A stretch of 32,000 nucleotides of DNA from Balneolaceae bacterium (GTDB lineage: Bacteria; Bacteroidota; Rhodothermia; Balneolales; Balneolaceae): NCBI GenBank assembly GCA_965601825.1, contig OZ271839.1:1985164-2017163 (forward strand), in the 5' to 3' direction. Each line of letters starts with the position of its first letter. Within the stretch, counting starts at the first letter, position 1. Below are positions 1 through 9,223 of the stretch, piece by piece. A program made the translations under genes and the position numbers. The notes below the pieces were generated by a model, which worked only from the letters and a program-made list of their open reading frames with translations, was not told the DNA's origin and searched no databases.

Positions 1-1
1 T

Positions 2-517
2 GCTAATAACTTGGTACTTGAGGAAGCATTACCATTATATGGCTGCACAATTTGTGAAGGTCCTGAAACTAATAGTGTACCCATTGAGTGGAAATTCACT
101 TTTTCACCTCAGGTATTCAACGGAATGGAAGTGAATGGTTCTGAAATAACAGTATTTGTGGATGTTGATGGAGTAAATAGGATTTGGGGCAATTGGTATG
201 AAACCTTTTATGCGCCAACTTTATTAGATGTTGGATTTGTTGAAGCTGAAAATTCTCTCATTGGTTTGGAAATTGATTTAAATGAAATTGCAAATGTAGA
301 TTCAGTTTTTACAATAACATCCGAGGATATTGGAAGGGCGAAAAATTTTGAAATTATCCCGTTTCTTAATGAATTTAGTGAACTTGAGTTGAGAAAAAGT
401 TGGATTGTGCCGATAACCTTTAAAGATGACCAGATTGAAAGCCTATTTGCGAACGTAGATGCAGTAGATTCACGGTTACTTAGGATTACCGCAATCCGTC
501 AAGAGACTAATAATTAA
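2..517 (+). CDS. Hypothetical protein, C-terminal fragment (gene probably starts upstream of the window)
   Basis: Reading frame is open from base 2 (gct aat aac ttg...) to the TAA at 515-517, so the tracked TTG at 11 is probably internal. I recognise no motif. Confidence 0.4.
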   Translation, partial: ANNLVLEEALPLYGCTICEGPETNSVPIEWKFTFSPQVFNGMEVNGSEITVFVDVDGVNRIWGNWYETFYAPTLLDVGFVEAENSLIGLEIDLNEIANVDSVFTITSEDIGRAKNFEIIPFLNEFSELELRKSWIVPITFKDDQIESLFANVDAVDSRLLRITAIRQETNN

Positions 518-635
518 TGATCTAAATTAGATAAAAAATCTTTACGTAAAGGTGGAAAAAACAGTTTAGTAACATTAGCTTATTGAACGACTCCTTAATG
601 CGGCAATGAAATAATAATTCATAGATAATACTGTT

Positions 636-1007
636 TTGACTGAGTTAGAAGACAAAAAAAGAGTACTAATAGTTGAAGACGATATGATCATTTCTCTTGT
701 AATAGAGAATATGGTTAAGGAACTGGGGCATGAAGTTGTTGGAAAAGCCACCTCTGGAGATGAAGCTATACGATTGGCGTCGGATGAATCACCTGATTTG
801 GTTCTTATGGACATTAGGTTAAAAGGAGAAATGGATGGTATTGAGGCTGTTACAGAAATAAAGCAGAATATCAACACTTCTGTAATTTACTTAACAGGTA
901 ATTCTGATCGTGTTAACTACGAGCGTGCACGTGAAACTGAATTCATCGATCTGATTACAAAGCCTTTCACAATTTCTGATTTAACTCGTTCACTTGACCT
1001 GATTTAA
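636..1007 (+). CDS. Stand-alone CheY-like response regulator receiver domain
   Basis: 123 aa. RVLIVEDD acidic pocket, DLVLMDIRL phospho-acceptor Asp context, conserved T (IYLTG) and K (ITKPF) of REC domains, no output domain. TTG 636 is the first possible start after the in-frame TAA at 615-617. Confidence 0.85.
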   Translation: MTELEDKKRVLIVEDDMIISLVIENMVKELGHEVVGKATSGDEAIRLASDESPDLVLMDIRLKGEMDGIEAVTEIKQNINTSVIYLTGNSDRVNYERARETEFIDLITKPFTISDLTRSLDLI

Positions 1008-1080
1008 TTTTAGAATCAGCTTTTAACGCATCTTTATATATATTAGCCCGTAGTGAGTGTTTGAAAAATAACGGGCTAAT

Positions 1081-1884
1081 ATGAGTACTAAGTTCAAAAA
1101 CTTAAAAAACGATCTCCAGGATCTTGAACAAGAAGTAGATGATTCTGTAATGGGGACATCTACAAATGCGTCGTCAGGTAATTCAAAAGTGGCGAATTAT
1201 ATTTTACTTTTCGCATTTATTGCCACCTTGCTTTTCTACACTGGCGATAGAATTGGCTCATTTTTTCAGGATTTAAATCCACTTGCTATTGAACAGCTCT
1301 CAGAAGAGATCACAGATGCTGTCCAGTCCTTTAATGAATATGATCCAGAATTATTACAGGGTATGAGAGATTGGATGGAAGATCTGGGATATGGAGTTTT
1401 AACTGATGAAGAATTATCTGCACTTCGCGATGAAGGAGTTACCGCAACCCAAACGCAAGCACTTCATGATATTGGATATACCGATATAACACTAGAACAA
1501 TTGGTTGAACTTCAGCGCGGTGATGTAACAGCTAACTATATTTCAGGTATTCGTGATGCAGGCTACACAGAAGCAGCAACTTTTGAAGATTTCATAGATT
1601 TACAACGAGCTGATGTTAGTGCCAGATATGCAAGCATGATGAAAGGACTTGGGTATGATCTTAGTATCGATCAACTTGCTCAGACTCGACGAAGTGGCGT
1701 TACTGCTTTTTTTACTAGTAATATGATGGACTTGGGTTATACATTAGAAGAATTAACAGTTGAAAATCTTATTAGAATGCGTAGTATCGGAGTTGATCAT
1801 GAAACTGCTGCAGCATTAATGGATGAAAGGGGAGAAAGATTGACTGTTGATGAGCTTATTCGTTATGAGATAAGTAATCAATAA
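1081..1884 (+). CDS. N-terminally membrane-anchored protein with six ~30-aa tandem repeats (GVT..y....m.dlGY..ls.eqL.elrr), function unknown
   Basis: ATG start. One hydrophobic helix (VANYILLFAFIATLLFY) followed by a repeat array from about aa 88 to 265. Clear codon periodicity; the only long ORF here. Confidence 0.6.
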   Translation: MSTKFKNLKNDLQDLEQEVDDSVMGTSTNASSGNSKVANYILLFAFIATLLFYTGDRIGSFFQDLNPLAIEQLSEEITDAVQSFNEYDPELLQGMRDWMEDLGYGVLTDEELSALRDEGVTATQTQALHDIGYTDITLEQLVELQRGDVTANYISGIRDAGYTEAATFEDFIDLQRADVSARYASMMKGLGYDLSIDQLAQTRRSGVTAFFTSNMMDLGYTLEELTVENLIRMRSIGVDHETAAALMDERGERLTVDELIRYEISNQ

Positions 1885-1904
1885 AAGCCCTTCCACAAAA
1901 ATAT

Positions 1905-1923
1905 AGGGTTTCATACCCTTTTC
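1905..1923 (+). terminator. Weak candidate rho-independent terminator after the repeat-protein gene
   Basis: AGGGT (1905-1909) / ACCCT (1915-1919) 5-bp stem, 5-nt loop, followed by TTTT. Starts 21 nt after the stop at 1882-1884. Confidence 0.3.
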
Positions 1924-1992
1924 ACATTCCGTTTCTATCTACCATTTGCTACTTTCGGTGGCATTGAACTAAAACAATACGCGGAATTGAAG

Positions 1993-2916
1993 ATGGCTGA
2001 AATCGAATTACCTGAGGTTAAACTAAACATCTATTCACCAAAAAATCCCGCAGAAGCCACAATTGTTGAAAATTATGTGTGCACTGCAGAAGGGAGCCCG
2101 AATATTATCCGGCATATTACTTTTGATATTTCTGGTACAGACCTTGAAGGAGAATTTGTAACCGGGCAGTCAATTGGAGTACTTCCTCCAGGTATCAATG
2201 AAAAAGGTAGACCACACAAACTTCGCTTATATTCTGTTTCATCTCCAACGAAAGGGGAAGATGGGAAACCTCATTTAGTTTCTACAACGGTAAAGCGAGC
2301 TAATGAAGAAGTTGACGGTACTTTCTATCAAGGTGTTTGTTCTAATTATATCTGCAATTTAAAACCGGGTGATAAAGTTAAAGTTACTGGTCCAAGCGGT
2401 AGAAAATATTTACTTCCAACTAATGCCTTGGATTATAATTACGTGTTTTTTGCAACAGGTACCGGTATTGCACCATTTCGCGGGATGATAATGGAATTGT
2501 TTGAAAAAGGAATAACAAACGAAGTAGCGCTGGTTTTTGGCTGTCCATATCGTACAGATATCATCTACCCAAAGTACTTTAATGAAATGGAAGAAAAGCA
2601 CAATAATTTCCATTATATCAAAATGATTTCCCGGGAAGATCGTCGTGAAGATGGCAGTAAATATTATGTTCAAACTGCAATAGATGATAGAGCAAAAACA
2701 CTTTCTCCAATTCTTGAGAAAGAGAATACTCTCATTTATTTATGCGGTATGAAGGGAATGGAATCAGGTATTTATCACAATCTTGCGTTGCAAGGTTTTA
2801 CTGATTATCTAACACTTAAAGGTGATTTGGCAGAGCGTGATCCCAGTACATGGAATTGGGATGAAGTTAAGAAGATGATCAAGCCTTCAGAGAGAACCTT
2901 CGAAGAAGTGTACTAG
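1993..2916 (+). CDS. Ferredoxin-NADP+ reductase, plastidic/plant-type
   Basis: RLYSVSS FAD-binding motif (plant-type RLYSIAS), GTGIAPFRG and YLCGMKGM NADP-binding motifs, C-terminal ...FEEVY with a terminal aromatic Tyr. ATG 1993 preferred over the tracked TTG 1987. Confidence 0.85.
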   Translation: MAEIELPEVKLNIYSPKNPAEATIVENYVCTAEGSPNIIRHITFDISGTDLEGEFVTGQSIGVLPPGINEKGRPHKLRLYSVSSPTKGEDGKPHLVSTTVKRANEEVDGTFYQGVCSNYICNLKPGDKVKVTGPSGRKYLLPTNALDYNYVFFATGTGIAPFRGMIMELFEKGITNEVALVFGCPYRTDIIYPKYFNEMEEKHNNFHYIKMISREDRREDGSKYYVQTAIDDRAKTLSPILEKENTLIYLCGMKGMESGIYHNLALQGFTDYLTLKGDLAERDPSTWNWDEVKKMIKPSERTFEEVY

Positions 2917-3052
2917 CTCGATCTTGTGTTCTGTATTCTATTAAAGATTAGCCGCTTTTCTCAATTATTATTGGATGATTCAATCATGAGTTAGAGGTGG
3001 AATTTTTCTATCTTCCACACCCAAATTTTTGATTAATTATCTCCAGAAAGTA

Positions 3053-5716
3053 ATGTCGATTAAGACTTCCAATCAGATTAGAAACGAATTCTTAGAATTC
3101 TTTGCAGAGAAAGAACATGCAATTGTAGACAGTGCACCAGTAGTGCCAAAAGATGATCCAACTCTTCTTTTCACAAATGCTGGCATGAATCAGTTTAAGC
3201 CAATTTTTCTCGGAGAAGAAGGTCAACTAAATCATGATGGAAAAAAATGGAGCCGAGCTGCCGATACACAGAAATGTATCCGAGTAAGTGGTAAGCACAA
3301 TGATTTAGAGGAAGTAGGTCATGATACCTATCATCATACACTATTTGAGATGTTAGGTAATTGGTCGTTTGGCGATTATTTCAAAAAAGATGCTATTGCA
3401 TGGGCATGGGAACTATTGGTTGATAAATGGGGAATGGAACCCGATCGTTTGTATGCAACGGTATTTAGTGGTGATGAAGCAGATGGATTGCCAGCTGATG
3501 ATGAAGCCGTTGAATTATGGAAGTCTGAGACTTCGATTAAACACGATCATATTCTAAAGTTCGATAAGAAAGACAATTTCTGGGAAATGGGAGAGACCGG
3601 CCCATGTGGTCCATGTTCTGAATTGCATATCGATTTAAGACCTAACGAAGATCGAGAAAAAGTTGATGGCGCGACATTAGTAAACATGGACGATCCAAGA
3701 GTGATCGAAATTTGGAATCTTGTATTTATCCAGTTTAATCGACAGGCTGATGGTAGTCTTCAATCACTCCCAGCAAAGCATGTTGATACTGGAATGGGAT
3801 TTGAGCGAGTTTGCGCAGTTCTTCAAGGTAAAATGTCGAACTATGATTCAGATGTTTTTACTCCATTACTTAATAAGATTGCTGAATTAGCAGGAATCAA
3901 ATATGGGCAAGATGAAGAAAAAGATATCGCCATGCGTGTTATCGCTGATCATATTCGTGCGGTTTCATTTTCAATTGCTGATGGGGCTTCTCCCGGTAAT
4001 GATGGTCGAGGATACGTAATTCGCCGAATTCAGCGACGTGCAATTCGCTATGGGTGGGATAAATTAGGTTTCAAAGAGCCATTCATGTTCAAGTTAGTTG
4101 ATGTGCTTGCGGATCAATTCAAGGAAGTATTTCCTGAAATTGTTGCTCAACAAGAATACATCACAAATGTAGTTCAGGCTGAAGAAAGAAGTTTCTTAAA
4201 AACATTAGGGCAGGGTATTTCAATTTTTGAAGACATGATCAAAGACTCAGATAAATTATCTGGGGAAGATGCTTTTAAATTACATGATACATTTGGATTT
4301 CCAATTGATTTAACTGAATTAATGGCTCGCGAGAAAGGTGTGGAAGTTGATGAAGTGGGTTTTGTGGCTCTCATGCAGAAACAGAAGGAAAGGGCAAGAG
4401 CTGCAGGAAAATTTACCGTGGATCAAAGTCAGATTAACGAATGGCAAACGCTATCAGAAGATGATAAATCGGAGTTTGTTGGCTATGATAATTTTGAGAT
4501 AGAATGTTCAATTTTAGCTTATCGAATGGAAGGAGATCGATTTGCATTTACTTTGAATAGAACTCCTTTTTATGCAGAAAGCGGTGGGCAGGTAGCAGAT
4601 ACCGGATTTTTAACAAATGGAGATGAATTTATACACATAATTGATGTCCAAAAAGGAAATGGAGCAAACATCCATTACACAAATCAACTTCCAAATGATT
4701 TAAGTGGAATTTGGTCTGCAAAAATTGACCTTACAAAACGACTAGAAACTCAAAAACATCACTCAGCCACGCATTTAGCACACGCTGCACTTAGAAATGT
4801 TCTGGGCGATCATGTTGCGCAAAAAGGTTCATTAGTTAATAATAGTCATCTCCGATTCGATTTCTCTCATTATGAGGCGATGACAAAAACTGAGCTTGAT
4901 GCAGTTGAAATCGAGGTAAATGCAAAGATTCAGGAGAATATTCCTCTTATAGAGGAACGAGAAGTCCCAATTGATGAAGCTCGTGCAAAGGGTGCAATGA
5001 TGCTTTTTGGTGAAAAATACGGTGATAATGTCCGTGTAATCACATTTGATGAAGAATATTCAGTAGAACTTTGCGGTGGTACACACGTTGGTGCTACCGG
5101 TGAAATCGGATATTTTCGATTTATTCATGAAAGTTCAGTTGCAGCAGGTATTCGCCGTATTGAAGCAGTATGTGGAAAAGCTGCTGATGATCTACTAAGA
5201 GAGGAAAAACAAGTTGTTGGCGAGATTAAATCTTTATTTGGTCAGACAAATGATCCGGTCTCAAATATCCAAAAGTTAATGGATGAGAAAAAAGCTTTGG
5301 AGAAAGAGCTGGAGAAAATAAATATGGCTAACTCCGGCGCTAAACTGGATGACATTTTAAAGAGCTCTGAAGAGATAAATGGAATACACATTGCTAAAGG
5401 TGAAATTCCGGGTTCAGATGTTAGTGCATTAAAGCAGCTTGGTTACGACGGACTACAGAAATCAAACCAGAATACAGTAATAGTATTAGGGTCAAAAAAT
5501 GAAGAGTCTGGCAAAGTATTCATTATGGTTGCAGTAACAGATGATTTAATTAAAGAAAAGAATTTAAAGGCTGGGGCTTTAGTTGGTAAGTTAGGTCGTT
5601 TAGTTGGCGGAGGTGGAGGCGGTCAACCAAATCTTGCGACTGCAGGCGGTAAAAATCCTGAAAAGCTCCAGGATGCACTTTCTCAAGTAGGTTCTATTAT
5701 CAGTGAATCGATTTGA
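3053..5716 (+). CDS. alaS: Alanine--tRNA ligase
   Basis: FTNAGMNQFKPIF and HHTLFEMLGNWSFGDYFK class-II AlaRS core motifs. Editing-domain HSATHLAHAAL ... CGGTHV zinc motif. C-terminal GGGGGGQPNLATAGG tail. ATG 3053 (MSIKTSNQIRNEFLEFF) preferred over tracked TTG 3029. Confidence 0.97.
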   Translation: MSIKTSNQIRNEFLEFFAEKEHAIVDSAPVVPKDDPTLLFTNAGMNQFKPIFLGEEGQLNHDGKKWSRAADTQKCIRVSGKHNDLEEVGHDTYHHTLFEMLGNWSFGDYFKKDAIAWAWELLVDKWGMEPDRLYATVFSGDEADGLPADDEAVELWKSETSIKHDHILKFDKKDNFWEMGETGPCGPCSELHIDLRPNEDREKVDGATLVNMDDPRVIEIWNLVFIQFNRQADGSLQSLPAKHVDTGMGFERVCAVLQGKMSNYDSDVFTPLLNKIAELAGIKYGQDEEKDIAMRVIADHIRAVSFSIADGASPGNDGRGYVIRRIQRRAIRYGWDKLGFKEPFMFKLVDVLADQFKEVFPEIVAQQEYITNVVQAEERSFLKTLGQGISIFEDMIKDSDKLSGEDAFKLHDTFGFPIDLTELMAREKGVEVDEVGFVALMQKQKERARAAGKFTVDQSQINEWQTLSEDDKSEFVGYDNFEIECSILAYRMEGDRFAFTLNRTPFYAESGGQVADTGFLTNGDEFIHIIDVQKGNGANIHYTNQLPNDLSGIWSAKIDLTKRLETQKHHSATHLAHAALRNVLGDHVAQKGSLVNNSHLRFDFSHYEAMTKTELDAVEIEVNAKIQENIPLIEEREVPIDEARAKGAMMLFGEKYGDNVRVITFDEEYSVELCGGTHVGATGEIGYFRFIHESSVAAGIRRIEAVCGKAADDLLREEKQVVGEIKSLFGQTNDPVSNIQKLMDEKKALEKELEKINMANSGAKLDDILKSSEEINGIHIAKGEIPGSDVSALKQLGYDGLQKSNQNTVIVLGSKNEESGKVFIMVAVTDDLIKEKNLKAGALVGKLGRLVGGGGGGQPNLATAGGKNPEKLQDALSQVGSIISESI

Positions 5717-5806
5717 TTTCACTTAACATTCGACATCACTTATTCTGCTAAAAATTTGATATATTCCCGCCCCATTTTTGGGATGGACATTTCATAAAAA
5801 ACAAGT

Positions 5807-6907
5807 ATGGCCAAAAAGAAAACGGACGATATTATTTTTGCTCCTAAAGGAATCGGCGAGATTCATGACGGTGCAGTTCAAAAAGGGGTTGATCTACCTC
5901 CGGCGACAAAGAAGAATCACAAAGATTTAGGTTTAACAGAGGAGCAACTGCTCGAAATGTATGAGCAGATGTATTTACAGCGTCGTTTTGAAGAACGTTG
6001 TATGCAACAGTATCAAAAAGGAAAATTTGGTGGTTTCCTGCACCTTTACATTGGTCAGGAAGCAATTTCTACAGGAACAGTTTTCGCGTTGGAACCACAA
6101 GATGATATTATTACCGCTTATCGTGATCACGGCTGGGGACTAGTAAGAGGCATCACTCCTAAAGAAGGGATGGCAGAATTATTTGGTAAAGCGACAGGGT
6201 CTTCCAGAGGTAAAGGTGGATCAATGCACTTTGCTAAAGCAGATCATCATTTTTGGGGTGGATACGGAATCGTAGGTGGACACATTCCAATAAACGCGGG
6301 TTTAGCCTTCGCAAATAAGTACAACCAAACAGGAAATATTTCAACTTGTTTCTTTGGTGATGGTGCTGTCGATCAAGGAGCTTTACATGAAACATTGAAT
6401 TTAGCCCAACTTTGGAAGCTGCCTGCAATTTTTGTTGTTGAGAATAATGGATATTCAATGGGGACTGCTGCTGCTCGACATACAGTTGCTGAGATTGTTG
6501 ACAGAGCAAAAGGCTATGCAATGAAAAGTGCAGTTATTAATGGAATGGATGTTTTCTCAGTGTATGAGAAAATGAAAGAAATCGCTGATGACATTCGTGA
6601 AAATTCAGAGCCTTGGTTTGTTGAGATAAGAACGTATCGTTACAGAGGTCATTCTATGTCTGATCCACAAAAATATCGATCAAAAGAAGAGCTTGAAGAA
6701 TACCAGGCAATAGACCCGATCCTTCGATTAAAGAGCTACCTCTTATCAAACAAATTAACGAGGGAAGATGCTTTGAAAGCTATCGACGATAAAGTTGAAG
6801 AAGAAGTATTAGATGCAGTGAAGTTTGCAGATGAGTCACCCTATCCCGAACTGCATGAGATGTATGAAGACATGTTTGACGAAGAAAACCCTTACTTCCA
6901 CGTTTAA
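5807..6907 (+). CDS. pdhA: Pyruvate (2-oxo acid) dehydrogenase E1 component, alpha subunit
   Basis: Thiamine-diphosphate motif GDGAVDQGALHETLNLAQLWKLPAIFVVENNGYSMGT. YRYRGHSMSDP loop typical of heterotetrameric E1 alpha. E1 beta follows 16 nt downstream. Pyruvate as substrate is inferred from family and context. Confidence 0.88.
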   Translation: MAKKKTDDIIFAPKGIGEIHDGAVQKGVDLPPATKKNHKDLGLTEEQLLEMYEQMYLQRRFEERCMQQYQKGKFGGFLHLYIGQEAISTGTVFALEPQDDIITAYRDHGWGLVRGITPKEGMAELFGKATGSSRGKGGSMHFAKADHHFWGGYGIVGGHIPINAGLAFANKYNQTGNISTCFFGDGAVDQGALHETLNLAQLWKLPAIFVVENNGYSMGTAAARHTVAEIVDRAKGYAMKSAVINGMDVFSVYEKMKEIADDIRENSEPWFVEIRTYRYRGHSMSDPQKYRSKEELEEYQAIDPILRLKSYLLSNKLTREDALKAIDDKVEEEVLDAVKFADESPYPELHEMYEDMFDEENPYFHV

Positions 6908-6923
6908 AATCATCAATAAATAA

Positions 6924-7907
6924 ATGGCAGAATTACAATTTAGAGAAGCACTTAAATTCGCAATTGATGAGGAAATGGAACGCGATGAGCGCGTTTTCAT
7001 CATGGGAGAAGAGGTTGCAGAATATAATGGAGCTTATAAAGTAACTGAAGGTTTACTTGATAAATATGGATTTAAAAGAGTTATCGATACACCGATTTCT
7101 GAGTTGGGATTTGCCGGCTTAGGAGTTGGCGCAGCTATGCGAGGACTTCGACCAATAGTCGAGTTTATGACTTTCAACTTTGCAGTTTTAGCTGCAGATC
7201 AGATCATAAATCATGCTACCAAAGTTAAGTATATGACGGGTGGGCAAATTGATTGTCCAATAGTTTTCCGTGGACCAAATGCTTCAGCTGGTCAGCTTGG
7301 TGCTACACACTCAGTTTCTTACGACTCAATGTATGCTCACTTCCCTGGTTTAAAAGTTATATATCCATCTGAGCCGGGTGATGCGAAAGGTTTATTAAAA
7401 GCAGCGATTCGTGATAACAACCCGGTTGTATTCATGGAATCAGAGCAAATGTATGGTCTTAAAGGAGAAGTGCCTGATACGGAAGATTTCATCATTCCTA
7501 TCGGAAAAGGTAAAATCAAACGTGAAGGCAGCGATGTGACTGTTGTCGCTCATGGAAAGATGTACCATGTTGCAGTTCAGGCTGCTGCTCAACTAGCTAA
7601 AGACGGAATTGAAATTGAAATCATTGATCCTAGAACAGTAAAACCACTGGATCTTCCATTGATCATTGAATCTATCAAAAAGACTAATCGTTGTGTGCTG
7701 GTAGATGAAGCACATCCATTTGGTGGATTGGCTGCTGAAATCGGATTTTTAATTCAGCGTGAAGCGTTTGATTATCTGGATGCACCAGTACAAAGAGTTT
7801 GTTTACCTGATGTAAATGCACCATTCTCTAAGAAATTATTTGATGCGTGGTTCCCAAGTCCAAAAGATGTGATCGACGCAGTTAATCAAGTTACTTATCG
7901 AACCTAA
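6924..7907 (+). CDS. pdhB: Pyruvate (2-oxo acid) dehydrogenase E1 component, beta subunit
   Basis: VIDTPISELGFAGLGVGAAMRGLRPIVEFMTFNF hallmark of E1 beta / transketolase-like pyrimidine-binding domain. 327 aa. Flanked by E1 alpha and E2. Confidence 0.9.
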   Translation: MAELQFREALKFAIDEEMERDERVFIMGEEVAEYNGAYKVTEGLLDKYGFKRVIDTPISELGFAGLGVGAAMRGLRPIVEFMTFNFAVLAADQIINHATKVKYMTGGQIDCPIVFRGPNASAGQLGATHSVSYDSMYAHFPGLKVIYPSEPGDAKGLLKAAIRDNNPVVFMESEQMYGLKGEVPDTEDFIIPIGKGKIKREGSDVTVVAHGKMYHVAVQAAAQLAKDGIEIEIIDPRTVKPLDLPLIIESIKKTNRCVLVDEAHPFGGLAAEIGFLIQREAFDYLDAPVQRVCLPDVNAPFSKKLFDAWFPSPKDVIDAVNQVTYRT

Positions 7908-7929
7908 ATCAATTTAAAAATCACTCACT

Positions 7930-9168
7930 ATGGCTATTAAAATTGAAATGCCCAAGCTTAGCGACACCATGGAAGAAGGTGTTATTGCTAAATGGAACGT
8001 GAAAGAAGGGGATACTGTAGCAGCCGGCGATATTATCGCTGAAGTTGAAACAGATAAAGCTACCATGGACGTTGAAGTTTTCGATGGCGGTACTATTCTT
8101 AAAATTGTTCCAGGTGAAGGTGATGCAGTTCCATTAGGTGGCTTGATTGCCGTGATTGGCGATGCAGGTGAAGATATTTCTGATTTACTTTCTGATGAAG
8201 GTGGATCTAGTGAAACAGCAGAAGCTCCGGTTAAAGAAGAAACGAAAGCAGAAGAAGTTCCGGTTCCGACTCCTGAAGTAAGCGCATCTACAGATGATGG
8301 TAGAGTGAAGGCTTCTCCATTAGCTAAGAAAATTGCTGCTGATAAAGGCATTGATTTGAATGCTGTGAATGGTTCAGGACCTGAAGGACGAATCATCAAA
8401 AAAGATGTAGAAACCTTCACGCCATCTGGTGGATTAACCAAACCAGCAGCAGCGAGTGCACCGGCACCGGTAAGAACGTTTGAAAGCCTTGAAAGCAAAG
8501 AGATTAAAGTATCTCAAATGCGAAAAGTGATTGCTCGAAGATTATCTGAAAGTAAGTTCACAAATCCGCATTTCTATGAGACCATTGATATCGACATGAA
8601 AGCTGCATTTGCTGCTCGAAAGGCGATGAATGAAGCCAATGATGTTAGAATCAGTTTTAATGATATTGTAGTTAAAGCATGTGCAATTGCATTAACTCGT
8701 CACCCGGCTATAAATAGTTCATGGCTAGATGATATTATCATGCAACACGGCGATGTGAATGTTGCTGTAGCAGTTGCAATTGATGAAGGTCTTATGACTC
8801 CGGTTATCAATCATGCCGACAAGAAAGGATTAGCTGAAATCTCTGCTGAGACGAAAGAACTTGCAGGTCTTGCAAAAGAGCGTAAGCTACAACCAGATCA
8901 AATGGAGGGAAGTACCTTTACTATAAGTAATCTTGGTATGTTCGGTATCGAAGAGTTTACTGCGATCATCAATCCACCAAATGCATGCATTCTTGCAGTT
9001 GGAGCCATACGTGACGTTCCAGTTGTTGAAAATGGAGCTGTTGTTCCAGGTAAGCGAATGAAAGTAACACTTTCCTCTGATCACAGAGTTGTAGATGGTG
9101 CGAAAGCAGCTGAATTCTTGAATACAGTTCGTAATCTGATCCAGAATCCACTTTCGATGCTCCTTTAA
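7930..9168 (+). CDS. pdhC: Dihydrolipoamide acetyltransferase (E2) of the 2-oxo acid dehydrogenase complex
   Basis: Single lipoyl domain with ETDKATMDVE lipoyl-lysine motif. Ala/Pro/Glu linker. Subunit-binding domain ASPLAKKIAADKGIDLNAVNGSGPEGRIIKKDV. Catalytic domain with DHRVVDG active-site motif. Confidence 0.9.
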   Translation: MAIKIEMPKLSDTMEEGVIAKWNVKEGDTVAAGDIIAEVETDKATMDVEVFDGGTILKIVPGEGDAVPLGGLIAVIGDAGEDISDLLSDEGGSSETAEAPVKEETKAEEVPVPTPEVSASTDDGRVKASPLAKKIAADKGIDLNAVNGSGPEGRIIKKDVETFTPSGGLTKPAAASAPAPVRTFESLESKEIKVSQMRKVIARRLSESKFTNPHFYETIDIDMKAAFAARKAMNEANDVRISFNDIVVKACAIALTRHPAINSSWLDDIIMQHGDVNVAVAVAIDEGLMTPVINHADKKGLAEISAETKELAGLAKERKLQPDQMEGSTFTISNLGMFGIEEFTAIINPPNACILAVGAIRDVPVVENGAVVPGKRMKVTLSSDHRVVDGAKAAEFLNTVRNLIQNPLSMLL

Positions 9169-9198
9169 TGTAAAATTGAAATGAGCTATATAGATTTC

Positions 9199-9223
9199 AA
9201 GCCTCCAATTGGAGGCTTTTTTT
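9199..9223 (+). terminator. Rho-independent terminator closing the pdh operon, placed between convergent genes
   Basis: AAGCCTCC (9199-9206) - AATT - GGAGGCTT (9211-9218) perfect 8-bp stem running into a 7-T tract (9217-9223). The stop of the convergent - strand gene (9222-9224) abuts it. Confidence 0.75.

Noticed and set aside
575-877. 100-aa - strand ORF overlapping the response-regulator gene; similar shadow ORFs at 2410-2673, 3369-3557, 4174-4374, 5844-6521, 7337-7519 and 8887-9151
   Set aside because: They lie antisense to or out of frame within genes that have unmistakable family motifs. Their translations are low-complexity with no recognisable features. They are typical shadow ORFs of AT-rich DNA.
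2997-3018. GTGGAA...TTCCAC hairpin between the FNR gene and alaS, as a terminator
   Set aside because: It has a 6-bp stem with a 10-nt loop, and the T-run is separated from the stem by 8 nt. That is too weak to call, and it could equally be part of the alaS leader.
7914-8498. 194-aa - strand ORF antisense to the E2 gene
   Set aside because: It mirrors the lipoyl domain and Ala/Pro linker of a clearly genuine E2. Its Ser/Pro/Ala-rich product is what the reverse complement of such linkers yields.
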